64,000 bases of DNA from a bacterium (lineage in GTDB: Bacteria > UBA8248 > JACPRG01 > G963555815), in contig OZ244653.1 of the NCBI GenBank assembly GCA_965218795.1, positions 2,240,001 through 2,304,000 of the forward strand. The letters are read 5' to 3'. Below, in pieces: positions 41,344 through 52,606 of the stretch (its first letter is position 1; every line of letters begins with the position of its first letter). The position numbers and the translations under genes were made by a program. The notes beneath the pieces are model-generated. The model saw only the letters and a program-made list of their open reading frames with translations, did no database searches and was not told the origin of the DNA.

Positions 41344-43236
41344 CTATAGATTGAACCCGGGCCGAAACTCTACGCTTGTCGCCCGCCGTTGGGCTGCAAC
41401 CCAATTTCTCAAGACCAATGATTGTTTGCTCCGTAGGTACTCCTGACGGAACTTTCCGCCGTCTTTCTTCAACCTGCCCGGATCGGCAGCTTTCCGCCCG
41501 GACACCACATACAGCATCCGGCCGTTCGCCGTTACCGCCTGCCCGGCTTTTCCCGAGTCGAGATTGAAAACCTTTTGATAGAAGTCTCCACCGAGCTGGG
41601 GGGAGGAAAGCGGCTCCACGCGATTGAACTGAGGGGATTCGGTCACTCTGAGCCCCTCCGCCTTCGCGATCTCTGTCAGGGGCTTGCCATCGTTCACCGT
41701 CTTGACCCAACCCTTCACCTTTTCCTCCGCCAACCGTTCATCCTCATCCCGAACATAGGCCTTCTCGACCTCCGCCCGGACTTCCTTGAGTTCGGGTAGG
41801 CGGGAGGGCCGCTCATCAATCACCCGGATCAGATACCAACCTGCGTCTCCCTCGATTGGATCGCCGAGCTCCCCCCTCTCGAGACGGAACGCGGCAGCCG
41901 CCACCCTTTGCGCATCCGGAAGGACGAGGCCTTTTCCATCCGGGGTAAATAACTTCGAATTGCCCTGCCGGATGCCTTCCATTTTTGGAAGGCTATCCAG
42001 TTTTCGCCCTTCGGAAATCTCGTCCCAGATTTTTTCGATTCCTTCACGCGCCTTCTCGGAAGCGCGCGCCGCGCGCAGTTGATCGGCAATGGAAGCCTTG
42101 ACTTCCGATAGAGGCCGGGCCTTCGCCGACTCAATCTTATCCAACCGCACGAGATGGTATCCGAAGGGGGTCCTGACCGGACCCGCCACTTCCCCCTCTT
42201 CCAACCCGAAAACAGCCTTCTCGAAAGCGGGGTCCATTTCACCGCGTACAATCGCGCCCAAATCACCGCCTTTGCCAGCATTCGGATCATCCGAGGATTC
42301 GTCAGCCAGCTTGCTGAAATCTTCCCCGGAACGAATCCTTTTCAGCAGACCATTGGCCTTGGCTTTGACCTCTCCCGCCAACTCCTGGGAAGCTTCCGGA
42401 GCCACTTTGAACAGGATATGGCGAACCTGCCGCTTCTCGGGCTCCCGGTATTCCTCCTTGGCCGCTTCATAAGCCTTGGCAATTTCTTCGTCAGTGACCT
42501 TCACGGTCTTCTCGAACGCGAGGATCTCCGCAAAAACATAAGCAACCCGATATTTTTTCGGCAAACGAAACCGGGCCTTTTCCTTCCCGAAGTAGGCAAG
42601 CAGGGCGTCTTCTTTGACCTTGGGGGGGTTCTCGAAACGATCCGTGGGATAGATCATGTAACGCACTTTGACACCTTCATGGCCCCATCGATAAGCCTCT
42701 TCGATTTCCGGGACGGTCACCTTGACGCTATCCCGGATGACGGACTCGATCTTCCCCAAAAACAGGATCTGGCGTTGCTCGGCCTCATAGTCGGTGACCG
42801 ACAAACGGCTTCGACGAAGGACCTCCAGGTACAGAGCACGGTTGAAACTTCCGTTTCTTTGGAACGTGGGAAGGCGCTCGATGTGTCCGGCCAACTCCTC
42901 ATCGGAAACGGACAAGCCCGCCGCCTCCGCTTCCCGGATTTGAATCCTCGCCCTGACCAGCGTCTCCATCGCTTGACGGCCGAGTTGGAGGGCATTGAGC
43001 GTAGCCTGATCCAAATCTCTCCCGTAAATCCGACGGTATAAGTCATGGGTTTGCCGGTAGGCGGCTTGGTATTCTGCGAGCGATATGGGTTCACCGTCTA
43101 CGGTCGCAATGACATCCCGGGTAAACGGCCCTTGTGTGGCGCTCCACCCGAAGAAGCCCACGAACGTGACCACGATCATGCCAAGCATGATTTTGATGAA
43201 CCAAGAATTAGCGTGCTTTCGCATAAATTTCAGCAT
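41344..43236 (-). CDS. ppiD: PpiD/SurA-family periplasmic chaperone PPIase
   Basis: N-terminal anchor, SurA_N domain, parvulin motifs HILF, GGDLG, PVRTPFGYHL. Confidence 0.88.
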   Translation of the reverse strand: MLKFMRKHANSWFIKIMLGMIVVTFVGFFGWSATQGPFTRDVIATVDGEPISLAEYQAAYRQTHDLYRRIYGRDLDQATLNALQLGRQAMETLVRARIQIREAEAAGLSVSDEELAGHIERLPTFQRNGSFNRALYLEVLRRSRLSVTDYEAEQRQILFLGKIESVIRDSVKVTVPEIEEAYRWGHEGVKVRYMIYPTDRFENPPKVKEDALLAYFGKEKARFRLPKKYRVAYVFAEILAFEKTVKVTDEEIAKAYEAAKEEYREPEKRQVRHILFKVAPEASQELAGEVKAKANGLLKRIRSGEDFSKLADESSDDPNAGKGGDLGAIVRGEMDPAFEKAVFGLEEGEVAGPVRTPFGYHLVRLDKIESAKARPLSEVKASIADQLRAARASEKAREGIEKIWDEISEGRKLDSLPKMEGIRQGNSKLFTPDGKGLVLPDAQRVAAAAFRLERGELGDPIEGDAGWYLIRVIDERPSRLPELKEVRAEVEKAYVRDEDERLAEEKVKGWVKTVNDGKPLTEIAKAEGLRVTESPQFNRVEPLSSPQLGGDFYQKVFNLDSGKAGQAVTANGRMLYVVSGRKAADPGRLKKDGGKFRQEYLRSKQSLVLRNWVAAQRRATSVEFRPGFNL

Positions 43237-43523
43237 GGATGCCCAGCCTCCTGGTCAACGCAGACACCGAACCTAAAGATGAGGTTTATAGAGTTTTTCT
43301 ACGTATCTTCTTTTCTACATATCTTCATCGGTTCCGATTTGATTTCTCATTGAATGCAGGATCCGTGTAAGTGAAAAATAATCCATTGATCAACTTGAAT
43401 CAAGATCCTTTGTAACTTGCGATGAAACAAGGTGTATATAAATTTCACGCTTTTCTCTTGTCAACCGTGCCAAAATGCTGTTAAATTTCAGGTCGATTAA
43501 GGGATTGATGCGGTTTGGCATGA

Positions 43524-44603
<1,080 letters not shown>

Positions 44604-44638
44604 GTCAGATTCAGTCGTTTGGAGACCGTTCTTTATTG

Positions 44639-45472
44639 ATGAGGCAGTTCGTAGAACGGCGTCAGGATTTGTTGCTGGTGGGCGGGCTGATTGTGTTCTC
44701 GCTCACTTTAATGACCCTCCAGGTTCGCCATAAAGGGCTGACCTCCCCCATTGAGCGATTTGCCATCGCAATCGTCGGGCCTTTCCAGTCCCTCGTCCAC
44801 AAACCCATGGCCGCAATCCGACGGCTGAATTTCAATCTGGCATTGCTGGAAAGCCTCCAGGACGAAAATCAATATCTCAAAGATGAACTACAGAGACTCC
44901 GAACGGCCGAGACCGCCTATCGGGAAATCCAACTCAAGAATGACCGTTTGCGGCGGCTTCTCAGCTTCAAAGAGCAAGTACCGTTCGTAATGCTCACAGC
45001 GTCAGTCATCGCCCGAGACGCCACCAACTGGTCAAAGACCATTACGATTGACGTCGGATCGGAATCCGGAATTCGTGAAGAGATACCCGTTCTGAATCAC
45101 GAGGGTATTGTGGGGCACGTCATTCGGGTCGCTCCCCATCATGCTCAGGTTCTCCTGATTACGGACGCGCGGGGCGCCGTGGACGCTATGATGCAAAGAA
45201 CGCGGACAGGGGGGGTGTTCATAGGATCGTCCAACGGCCATAATGCAGGATTCCTCCGATACGTTCACCGCGAGGAGGATATCCGCGTCAGCGATCGGGT
45301 GGTTTCTTCCGGCTATGGGGGTATCTACCCCAAAGGTTTACTTCTGGGCGTGGTCAAGAAGGTGGACCGAAGTGGAACGGATTTATTTCAGACAATCCAC
45401 GTGGAGCCCGCGGCGGATTTCTCTCGTCTGGAAGAAGTTTTGGTGGTGCTGGATCAGCGGCCGTCTCCATGA
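44639..45472 (+). CDS. mreC: Rod shape-determining protein MreC
   Basis: Transmembrane segment plus coiled coil, SSGYGGIYPKG; operon position. Confidence 0.95.
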   Translation: MRQFVERRQDLLLVGGLIVFSLTLMTLQVRHKGLTSPIERFAIAIVGPFQSLVHKPMAAIRRLNFNLALLESLQDENQYLKDELQRLRTAETAYREIQLKNDRLRRLLSFKEQVPFVMLTASVIARDATNWSKTITIDVGSESGIREEIPVLNHEGIVGHVIRVAPHHAQVLLITDARGAVDAMMQRTRTGGVFIGSSNGHNAGFLRYVHREEDIRVSDRVVSSGYGGIYPKGLLLGVVKKVDRSGTDLFQTIHVEPAADFSRLEEVLVVLDQRPSP

Positions 45473-45975
45473 TCGTCCTTGATGTTCTCTGCCTGATTGT
45501 TGTCATTCTCATACTCCAAACGACGCTGGCTGAATTCATAGCCGAATTAGCAGGCACGAAACCCGACCTGATTCTCTTGGTCGTCCTCAGTCTCGGGCTT
45601 TCGCGCGGAAAGCGCGCGGGAATCGGCTACGGTTGGCTGCTCGGACTGATTCAAGACGTTCTCTCCGGAAGTCTCCTCGGGCAAAATGCCCTGTCCAAGG
45701 GAATCATCGGATACCTTACGGGCGTCCTGCACCGGAACATGGGCGATCTGACCATGATTTCCCACCTTCTCATCGTTCCGTTGGCAACCCTCTTTGATGC
45801 CGCCATTCATTTGGGTACAGTGTCTCTCCTGTACGGTGCACCCATCGGGAAACAGGTCCTCGTCACGATCGGGATCATTGTACTCCTGAATACGATCGCC
45901 AGCCCCCTGACGAGTTGGTTGGTCAGAATATTCACCCGCAGAATTTGGGGTCAGCAGGACGAGGTCTCCTTTTGA
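45469..45975 (+). CDS. mreD: Rod shape-determining protein MreD
   Basis: Hydrophobic; KPDLIL, GLIQDVLSG; operon position. Confidence 0.9.
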   Translation: MIVLDVLCLIVVILILQTTLAEFIAELAGTKPDLILLVVLSLGLSRGKRAGIGYGWLLGLIQDVLSGSLLGQNALSKGIIGYLTGVLHRNMGDLTMISHLLIVPLATLFDAAIHLGTVSLLYGAPIGKQVLVTIGIIVLLNTIASPLTSWLVRIFTRRIWGQQDEVSF

Positions 45976-45984
45976 AAGGCCCAG

Positions 45985-47892
45985 ATGAATTTCCGTAAAC
46001 TTCGCCAGATGTCTTCCCGGATTGAAACCGGGAGCATCAACCGGCGACTGTTTGTCATCGGAAGTGTTTCCCTTTTTTTGATAGGAATCCTGGTACTGCG
46101 GCTATGGGTCCTTCAGGTTATCCGGGGAGAGTATTTCCGGCGGCGATCGGAAAACAACCGAATCGAGACCAAACTGGTACCGGGGCTCCGCGGGAGGATC
46201 CTCGATCGGAATGGTCGCTTACTCGCCGGAAACCGGGCGGCGTTTCACCTTGCCCTGATTCCGCGATCCGTACCCGATCTCGAAAATAGCTTGAGCCGCC
46301 TGAAGGAACAGACAGGACTGGACCCAGTCCGGGCCAGGGCCAGGATCCGGCGCGGTAATCCCTTTAAACCCATTATTGTTCAACGGGATCTCTCCCGCGA
46401 GGCCGTCGCCCAGGTGATGGAGCACCGCTGGGAGCTTCCCGGCGTTCTGGTTCAAGTCAACCCCCAACGGGAGTATCCCTACAATGCGATGGCCGCACAA
46501 ATGATGGGGTATCTCGGAAGAATTTCTGAAAGCCGATTGAAAAAGAAAAAGGGTTACCACCGCGGAGACATGACCGGCAAGCAGGGAATTGAGCGGGATT
46601 TCGAAGAAACCCTGCGCGGATCGAGGGGCAGACGGTGGGTCGAGGTGGACGCATTCGGACGGGAAATCAAATTGTTGGGGGAAGAGCCGGCCAAACGGGG
46701 CAAAAACTTGGTTCTGACGCTGGACTTGGAATTACAGCGAATGGCCGAATCCTTGATGGCCGAACGACCGGGAGTGCTGATCGCGATGGATCCCCGAAAC
46801 GGGGAAATCCTCGCACTCTCGAGTAACCCCAGGTTCGATCCCAACGCATTGACCAACGGAATGAGCGCGGAGTTGTGGAATTCCCTCCTACGGAACCCGC
46901 TACGGATCCTGCAAGACCGGGCAACGCGAGGGCAGTATCCTCCGGGTTCAGTATTTAAAATTGTAATGGCCGCCGCCGGATTGGAAGAAAATCTGATTCA
47001 ACCGACGGATACTCTCTTTTGCCCGGGCAATTTCAGGTTCCACGACCGGATCCATCGTTGCTGGCAGGCACACGGGCATGGAAATGTCAACCTGCATCGC
47101 GCCCTTGTTGAATCGTGCGACGTCTTCTTCTACCAGCTTGGACTCAAGCTGGGGATCAGCCGAATTGCACGATACGCATCCTCCTTTGGCTTGGGGAAAC
47201 CGACCGGCATCGTCAAACGAGGTGAGAAGGTTGGCATTGTTCCATCGCCCGGCTGGAAAAAGAAGGTTCTGGGCCAACCCTGGTATACGGGGGAAACTAT
47301 CTCCGTGTCGATTGGGCAGGGGTATTCATTGGTCACTCCGATTCAGATTGCCGTTCTCACGGCGGCCGTCGCCAACGGGGGGACTCTCTTCCGGCCGACC
47401 CTTGTCCGCAGGATCGATGAAAGCGACGGGACCGTTCTGGAGACCTTTACGCCGGAGATCACGGGTCAGCTTCCCGTCAGTCCCAGGAACTTGAAGCTCA
47501 TCCGTAACGCCCTTCGAGGCGTCGTACACGACCCTCGGGGCACCGGCTTCCGCGCGAGATTGCCGGGTATCAAAGTTGCCGGAAAAACGGGGACGGCCCA
47601 AGTGGTCCGTCTGAAGGCCCGCAAAGACTCAAAAGAACAACAGACCAGACCTCGGACTCTACGCGACCATGCCTGGTTCATAGCGTTCGCACCCTTTGAA
47701 GAGCCCTCGATTGCCGTAGTCGTCCTAGCGGAACACGCGGGCCAGGGCGGAAGCCGGTATGCGCCTCTCGCCAAGGCACTCATTGCGCATCACTTGGGAA
47801 TCGCCGTTCCCCAGCCCCAGGCGAGAATCAAAGTTTCACCGCCCTCTCCCCTCCTTCACTATGCCTCTCGCAATGAGGGGGGAGAGGAATGA
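45985..47892 (+). CDS. mrdA: Penicillin-binding protein 2
   Basis: RGRILDRNG, YPPGSVFK (SxxK), SCD, GKTGTAQ. Confidence 0.95.
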   Translation: MNFRKLRQMSSRIETGSINRRLFVIGSVSLFLIGILVLRLWVLQVIRGEYFRRRSENNRIETKLVPGLRGRILDRNGRLLAGNRAAFHLALIPRSVPDLENSLSRLKEQTGLDPVRARARIRRGNPFKPIIVQRDLSREAVAQVMEHRWELPGVLVQVNPQREYPYNAMAAQMMGYLGRISESRLKKKKGYHRGDMTGKQGIERDFEETLRGSRGRRWVEVDAFGREIKLLGEEPAKRGKNLVLTLDLELQRMAESLMAERPGVLIAMDPRNGEILALSSNPRFDPNALTNGMSAELWNSLLRNPLRILQDRATRGQYPPGSVFKIVMAAAGLEENLIQPTDTLFCPGNFRFHDRIHRCWQAHGHGNVNLHRALVESCDVFFYQLGLKLGISRIARYASSFGLGKPTGIVKRGEKVGIVPSPGWKKKVLGQPWYTGETISVSIGQGYSLVTPIQIAVLTAAVANGGTLFRPTLVRRIDESDGTVLETFTPEITGQLPVSPRNLKLIRNALRGVVHDPRGTGFRARLPGIKVAGKTGTAQVVRLKARKDSKEQQTRPRTLRDHAWFIAFAPFEEPSIAVVVLAEHAGQGGSRYAPLAKALIAHHLGIAVPQPQARIKVSPPSPLLHYASRNEGGEE

Positions 47893-47937
47893 AGAGGTCC
47901 GAATCCGGGTTATGGCTCCATGTGAGGACATTCTGTC

Positions 47938-49032
47938 ATGTTTGATCGGCGAATCCTGGGTCAAGTGGATTGGGGATTGCTGCTGGCTGTTTTTCTGATT
48001 GCAGGAACCGGCGTTACGATGATCTATAGCGCCACCTATTCCAAAACCGGTGACCTGGAGGGACTCCACCTCCGCCAGATTTCCTGGATTGGGGTCGGCC
48101 TCCTGGGCGTCCTCGTGCTGATGATCGGGGATTACCGGATCATTCATCGCCACGCTTACCTGATTTACGCAGCAGCAGTGCTTTTGCTCATTCTGGTTTT
48201 TCCGTTTGGAAAAACCATTGGCGGCGCCACGCGCTGGCTCGTCTTCGGGCCCGTCCGCCTCCAGCCGTCCGAGTTTGCCAAGTTGGCCGTTATCATCGCT
48301 CTGGCGCGCTACCTGTCGAATGAGAACCGGACTGGATTGATGGACGTTAGAGACCTGGGGATTCCGGCACTGCTGATCCTGATCCCGGCCGCGCTTGTCG
48401 CCAGACAGCCCGATCTGGGCACGGCCTTGGTTCTCGCGTTGGTTGGCGTGATCGTCATCTTCACAGCGGGCCTTCGGTTCTGGACCATCGTCATCTTGGG
48501 CGTAGGAGCAATCGCCATGACGCCGCTGGGGTGGCTTTTTCTCAAGGGTTACCAGAGGGAACGCGTTTTGGCGGTTCTCCAGGGCGGGGATCCTTTGGAC
48601 GCCGGGTACCACAGCCTCCAGGCCAAAATTGCCATCGGCTCGGGAGGTCTCACGGGGAAGGGGCTTCTTGCCGGAACCCAGAGCCAGCTCCACTTCCTGC
48701 CCGCCCAACATACGGATTTCATTCTCGCCGTTTTAGCGGAAGAGGTCGGGTTTCTCGGGAGCATGTGGCTTTTGGTTCTATTCTCGATCCTGATAATTCA
48801 GGGAACTCGTATCGCCTATCGTTCCCGGGACTTGTTCGGATCCCTGTTGGCCGCCGGCATCGCCGGCTCGCTGAGCCTGCACGTCGTCTTGAACGTGGCA
48901 ATGACCACCGGGATGCTTCCGGTCGTAGGTCTTCCGCTTCCACTAATGAGCTACGGCGGGTCTTCGATGGTCGTGACCCTGCTCGGAATCGGCCTGCTGT
49001 TGAACATCCAGATACGACGATTCAGCTTTTAG
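47938..49032 (+). CDS. rodA: Rod shape-determining SEDS protein RodA
   Basis: LQPSEFAK, QPDLGTA, HTDFI, SYGGSS. Confidence 0.95.
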   Translation: MFDRRILGQVDWGLLLAVFLIAGTGVTMIYSATYSKTGDLEGLHLRQISWIGVGLLGVLVLMIGDYRIIHRHAYLIYAAAVLLLILVFPFGKTIGGATRWLVFGPVRLQPSEFAKLAVIIALARYLSNENRTGLMDVRDLGIPALLILIPAALVARQPDLGTALVLALVGVIVIFTAGLRFWTIVILGVGAIAMTPLGWLFLKGYQRERVLAVLQGGDPLDAGYHSLQAKIAIGSGGLTGKGLLAGTQSQLHFLPAQHTDFILAVLAEEVGFLGSMWLLVLFSILIIQGTRIAYRSRDLFGSLLAAGIAGSLSLHVVLNVAMTTGMLPVVGLPLPLMSYGGSSMVVTLLGIGLLLNIQIRRFSF

Positions 49033-49316
49033 CACAGCGATTGCGCGGGATGGTCGAACGGGGGGCGAGCGGTTCAACTTGACTTTTCCGTTAAGAACAA
49101 TAACTTTTTTCTCGAGACGATACCGCACTATCGTTGCTTGTTCCTTTGAAGCGACGTCGCTGCGTGGAACGGCGAAAAGGACGTTAGCCGGATCTGGCTA
49201 ACTGATTCAGAATCCGTACCGGTTTGGATATCATTTCAGATCTGTCGCGCCGTTCCCGCCGCATACCGACCTTACAAATTTGCTGCCGGGATTTGATTTT
49301 CACTGGATGTAAAAAA

Positions 49317-50855
49317 TTGACTGCCTCCTCTTCCAAACTCATCGTAAACGTCGAACCTCAGGAAACCCGCGTTTCTCTTCTCGAGAATAACGTCGTCACC
49401 GAACTCTACATCGAGCGGAAGGAAGACGAGGGCATCGTGGGGAATATCTATAAGGGAAACGTGACGAAGGTTCTTCCGGGGATGCAAGCGGCATTCGTGG
49501 ACATCGGACTGGTGAAAGCCGGGTTCTTATATGTCTCCGACGTGGATGTCGAGCGCGATAATATCGATTCTTACATGGAGCAGCATGAGAAGCTGGAGTT
49601 CGAAGACGAGCGTCGCGAACGAAGCCGGCGTGCCCCCTTGCAACCCATTGAAGACCTTCTACGAACCGGCGAAGAGGTCATGGTCCAGGTGACCAAAGAA
49701 CCGATTGGCACGAAAGGCTGCCGATTGACCTCTTACATCTCTTTGCCGGGCCGGTATCTCGTTTACATGCCCAGCGGGGATCAGATCGGGGTTTCCAGAA
49801 GAATCGAAGACGAATCGGAGCGAAAGAGGCTCAAGAAGCTGGTCCGCAAGCTGAAGTCGAAGATCCAGGGAAATGGGGGCGGGTTCATTGTCCGTACGGT
49901 CAGCGAAGGGGTGTCTGAGACCGAGTTTGAGAATGACATCCGATTCTTGACGACCTTATGGAAACAAACACACGAGGCGTGTGAGAAAGTCTCTGCACCG
50001 AACATCATCCACGACGACCTGAATCTGATACTTCGGATGATTCGGGACCTGTTTTCCGAAGACATCTCCCAAATGATCATTGACGACCCGGAAGTACACG
50101 GCCAAACCCTGGGATTCGTCGAGCGCTTTTACCCTCATCTGGCGCCGCGAATTACGTTGCACGACGGGACGGAACCCATCTTTGATGCCTATGGGGTGGA
50201 GCTCGAAATCGAGCGGGCCCTGGGCCGACGGGTCTGGCTCAAATCGGGCGGTTACATCGTCCTCGACCAGACCGAAGCCCTCGTCAGCGTTGACGTCAAT
50301 ACGGGCCGATTCGTAGGAAAGCGCGACCCCGAAGAGACCATCTTGAAGACAAACCTGGAAGCCGTCAGGGAAGTCGTTTACCAGATCCGTCTCCGCAACA
50401 TTGGCGGAATCATCATCATCGACTTCATCGACATGGAGCGGGAGGAGAACAAGGAAAAAGTGTTCGAAGCCCTCGCACAAGAGCTCAAGACCGATCGCTC
50501 CAGGACCAGGATTCTCAAGATCTCCGAAATGGGTTTGGTGGAAATGACGAGGAAGCGAGTCCGTGAAAGTCTCAGCCGGACCCTCTGTCAACCCTGTCCT
50601 TACTGCGATAGCCGGGGAATCATCAAATCGACAATAACGGTTTGCTATGAAATCCTCCGCGAGCTCCGGCGGGTCCACGCTCACGACCCGGAGGCCCAAA
50701 AACTCAAGGTGAATGTCCACCCCACGGTGGCCGATTTACTCATGGAAGACGAAAGCGATCACCTCGATCGGCTGGAAAACGAGTTGAATCTCAAGGTGAT
50801 GGTAAAAGCCGACAAGGACCTTCACCAGGAAGGGTTTGAAGTCTTCTCGCTTTGA
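49317..50855 (+). CDS. rng: Ribonuclease G (Rne/Rng family)
   Basis: GNIYKG, PGMQAAFVDIG, DVNTG, IIIDFIDM, GLVEMTRKR; about 510 aa with no long scaffold tail. Confidence 0.92.
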   Translation: MTASSSKLIVNVEPQETRVSLLENNVVTELYIERKEDEGIVGNIYKGNVTKVLPGMQAAFVDIGLVKAGFLYVSDVDVERDNIDSYMEQHEKLEFEDERRERSRRAPLQPIEDLLRTGEEVMVQVTKEPIGTKGCRLTSYISLPGRYLVYMPSGDQIGVSRRIEDESERKRLKKLVRKLKSKIQGNGGGFIVRTVSEGVSETEFENDIRFLTTLWKQTHEACEKVSAPNIIHDDLNLILRMIRDLFSEDISQMIIDDPEVHGQTLGFVERFYPHLAPRITLHDGTEPIFDAYGVELEIERALGRRVWLKSGGYIVLDQTEALVSVDVNTGRFVGKRDPEETILKTNLEAVREVVYQIRLRNIGGIIIIDFIDMEREENKEKVFEALAQELKTDRSRTRILKISEMGLVEMTRKRVRESLSRTLCQPCPYCDSRGIIKSTITVCYEILRELRRVHAHDPEAQKLKVNVHPTVADLLMEDESDHLDRLENELNLKVMVKADKDLHQEGFEVFSL

Positions 50856-50875
50856 AGTCCTCCCGGGCGCCTTCC

Positions 50876-50904
50876 TTGACACTCAAAAATCCCAATCCTA
50901 TATT
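50876..50904 (+). promoter_or_regulatory. Sigma70-like promoter upstream of dprA
   Basis: TTGACA-N17-TATATT. Confidence 0.6.
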
Positions 50905-50987
50905 TAGTCGCCAATTGCCCGTCGCACGAAGGGGACGGATCCCGGCCAGCCCCGGGAAACCGCCAAACGCAGCGCAGGAGACGGCGT

Positions 50988-52091
50988 ATGGTCAACCCGG
51001 AAAGGCGAGAGGCATGGGTTGCGCTCAACTTGGCGCCGGGGTTTTCTTCCAGCCGAATACGGGCACTGGCCGACGCCTTTGGCGGCCCGCGGGAAGTTTT
51101 GCAGGCGGGTGTGGAGGCCTTACAGCAGAGCGGCGGGCTTTCGGCCAAAGCCGCGGCGCGCTTGACGAATTTCGATTGGAAGGGCGAGTTGGAAATAGAA
51201 CTGCGTCGCGCCGAAGCGCTGAAGGTTCGTATCGTGACGCTGGATGATCCGGATTACCCCATCCCTCTCGGAGAGATTTACGATCCGCCTCCGGTCCTCT
51301 ATCGATTGGGACGGCTCATGAAGGACGAAAGTCTGTCCATTGCTGTCGTGGGAACGCGTCGGCCCACCCCCTACGGACGGCGGATGGCGGCCCGTTTGGG
51401 CCGGGAGTTGACAGAACAGGGAGTGACCGTCGTCAGTGGGATGGCGCGGGGGATTGATACCGCCGCCCATGAAGGGGCCTTGGAAGCCGGCGGCAGAACG
51501 GTGGCCGTTGCGGGGTGCGGGCTCTCTCAGGTATACCCGCCCGAGGCGCGGGAATTGCAAGAGGCCATTGTCGAAAAAGGGGCCGTGATCTCCGAACGAC
51601 CCTTGGAGGATCCCCCCCTGGCCCGGCACTTTCCCCAGAGAAACCGGGTCATCAGCGGTCTCACAGCGGGGACGGTGATCGTGGAAGCGGCGGAACGGAG
51701 CGGGGCGCTGATCACCGCCCGCCTTGCGGCCGAACAGGGACGGGAAGTCTTTGCCGTTCCCGGGCGGGCGGATTCGAATCAAAGCAAGGGCGCCCATCGT
51801 CTGCTGCGGGAAGGCGCCGGATTGGTGGAGACCGCGCAAGATGTGATCGCCCAGCTTTCACCGAGTCTCACGGCCCGCCTGAGTCCAAAAGCGGCCCAAG
51901 CGGAGACCGAACCCTTCCTGGCGGGAGCCGAGGCGAAGGTGTTCGGTCTTGTATCGGAAGAAGACAAGCAGATCGAACAGTTAATTGAAGAGAGCCGGCT
52001 CAGTCCCGCGGACGTGTCGGGGGCCCTGATGGCCCTGGAGCTCAAAGGACTCATCCGCCAGTTTCCGGGAAAGATATTCTCGAGGGCCTGA
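50988..52091 (+). CDS. dprA: DNA-processing protein DprA
   Basis: AVVGTR, SGMARGIDTAAH, FPQRNRVISG, SGALITA. Confidence 0.95.
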   Translation: MVNPERREAWVALNLAPGFSSSRIRALADAFGGPREVLQAGVEALQQSGGLSAKAAARLTNFDWKGELEIELRRAEALKVRIVTLDDPDYPIPLGEIYDPPPVLYRLGRLMKDESLSIAVVGTRRPTPYGRRMAARLGRELTEQGVTVVSGMARGIDTAAHEGALEAGGRTVAVAGCGLSQVYPPEARELQEAIVEKGAVISERPLEDPPLARHFPQRNRVISGLTAGTVIVEAAERSGALITARLAAEQGREVFAVPGRADSNQSKGAHRLLREGAGLVETAQDVIAQLSPSLTARLSPKAAQAETEPFLAGAEAKVFGLVSEEDKQIEQLIEESRLSPADVSGALMALELKGLIRQFPGKIFSRA

Positions 52092-52129
52092 GGCGGGTCG
52101 GCCAAAATTGCTTTGGGAGCGGATGACCC

Positions 52130-52603
52130 ATGCGAGAACGTATGTTCCACATGGTCAACCTGATCGTCGAGTTTTTATTGAAGGAAAGCACGCTGTCCTA
52201 CTACGAGCCGGAAATTTCCGATTTGCTCCGGTCCCATGGATTCGAATCGGAGGAGATTTCGGAGGCGTTTCGGTGGCTGAACCACTTCGGCCCTTGGGGC
52301 GAGGACGGGCTTGTGGAGAAAGAAGGTTCCAGCGCGGCGCTCCGGATGCTCAGCGACGAGGAACGGTTGGCTTTCAACACCGAGGCCTACGGCTACTTGT
52401 TGCAACTCCACCGGATGGGGCTCATCGACGACTCGATGCGGGAAGAAATCTTCCAGAGGGCCTTGAGCCTGGTGGAAGAAGAGATTACCCGTGACGACAT
52501 CCAGACCATGGCCTTGATTGTGGCCTTTCATCGCTCCCAGAAGCACTGGCACACGGACCTCATTCATTTCCTCAAATCTGAAAACCAAAGCTTTCTGAAC
52601 TGA
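52130..52603 (+). CDS. smg: Smg (DUF494) family protein
   Basis: GFESEEISEAFRWL, RMLSDEE; lies between dprA and topA. Confidence 0.8.
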   Translation: MRERMFHMVNLIVEFLLKESTLSYYEPEISDLLRSHGFESEEISEAFRWLNHFGPWGEDGLVEKEGSSAALRMLSDEERLAFNTEAYGYLLQLHRMGLIDDSMREEIFQRALSLVEEEITRDDIQTMALIVAFHRSQKHWHTDLIHFLKSENQSFLN

Positions 52604-52606
52604 GCC

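Noticed and set aside
50905-50987. Riboswitch in the dprA leader
   Set aside because: Only short GC stems; no match to the c-di-GMP or other aptamer consensus that I can recognise.
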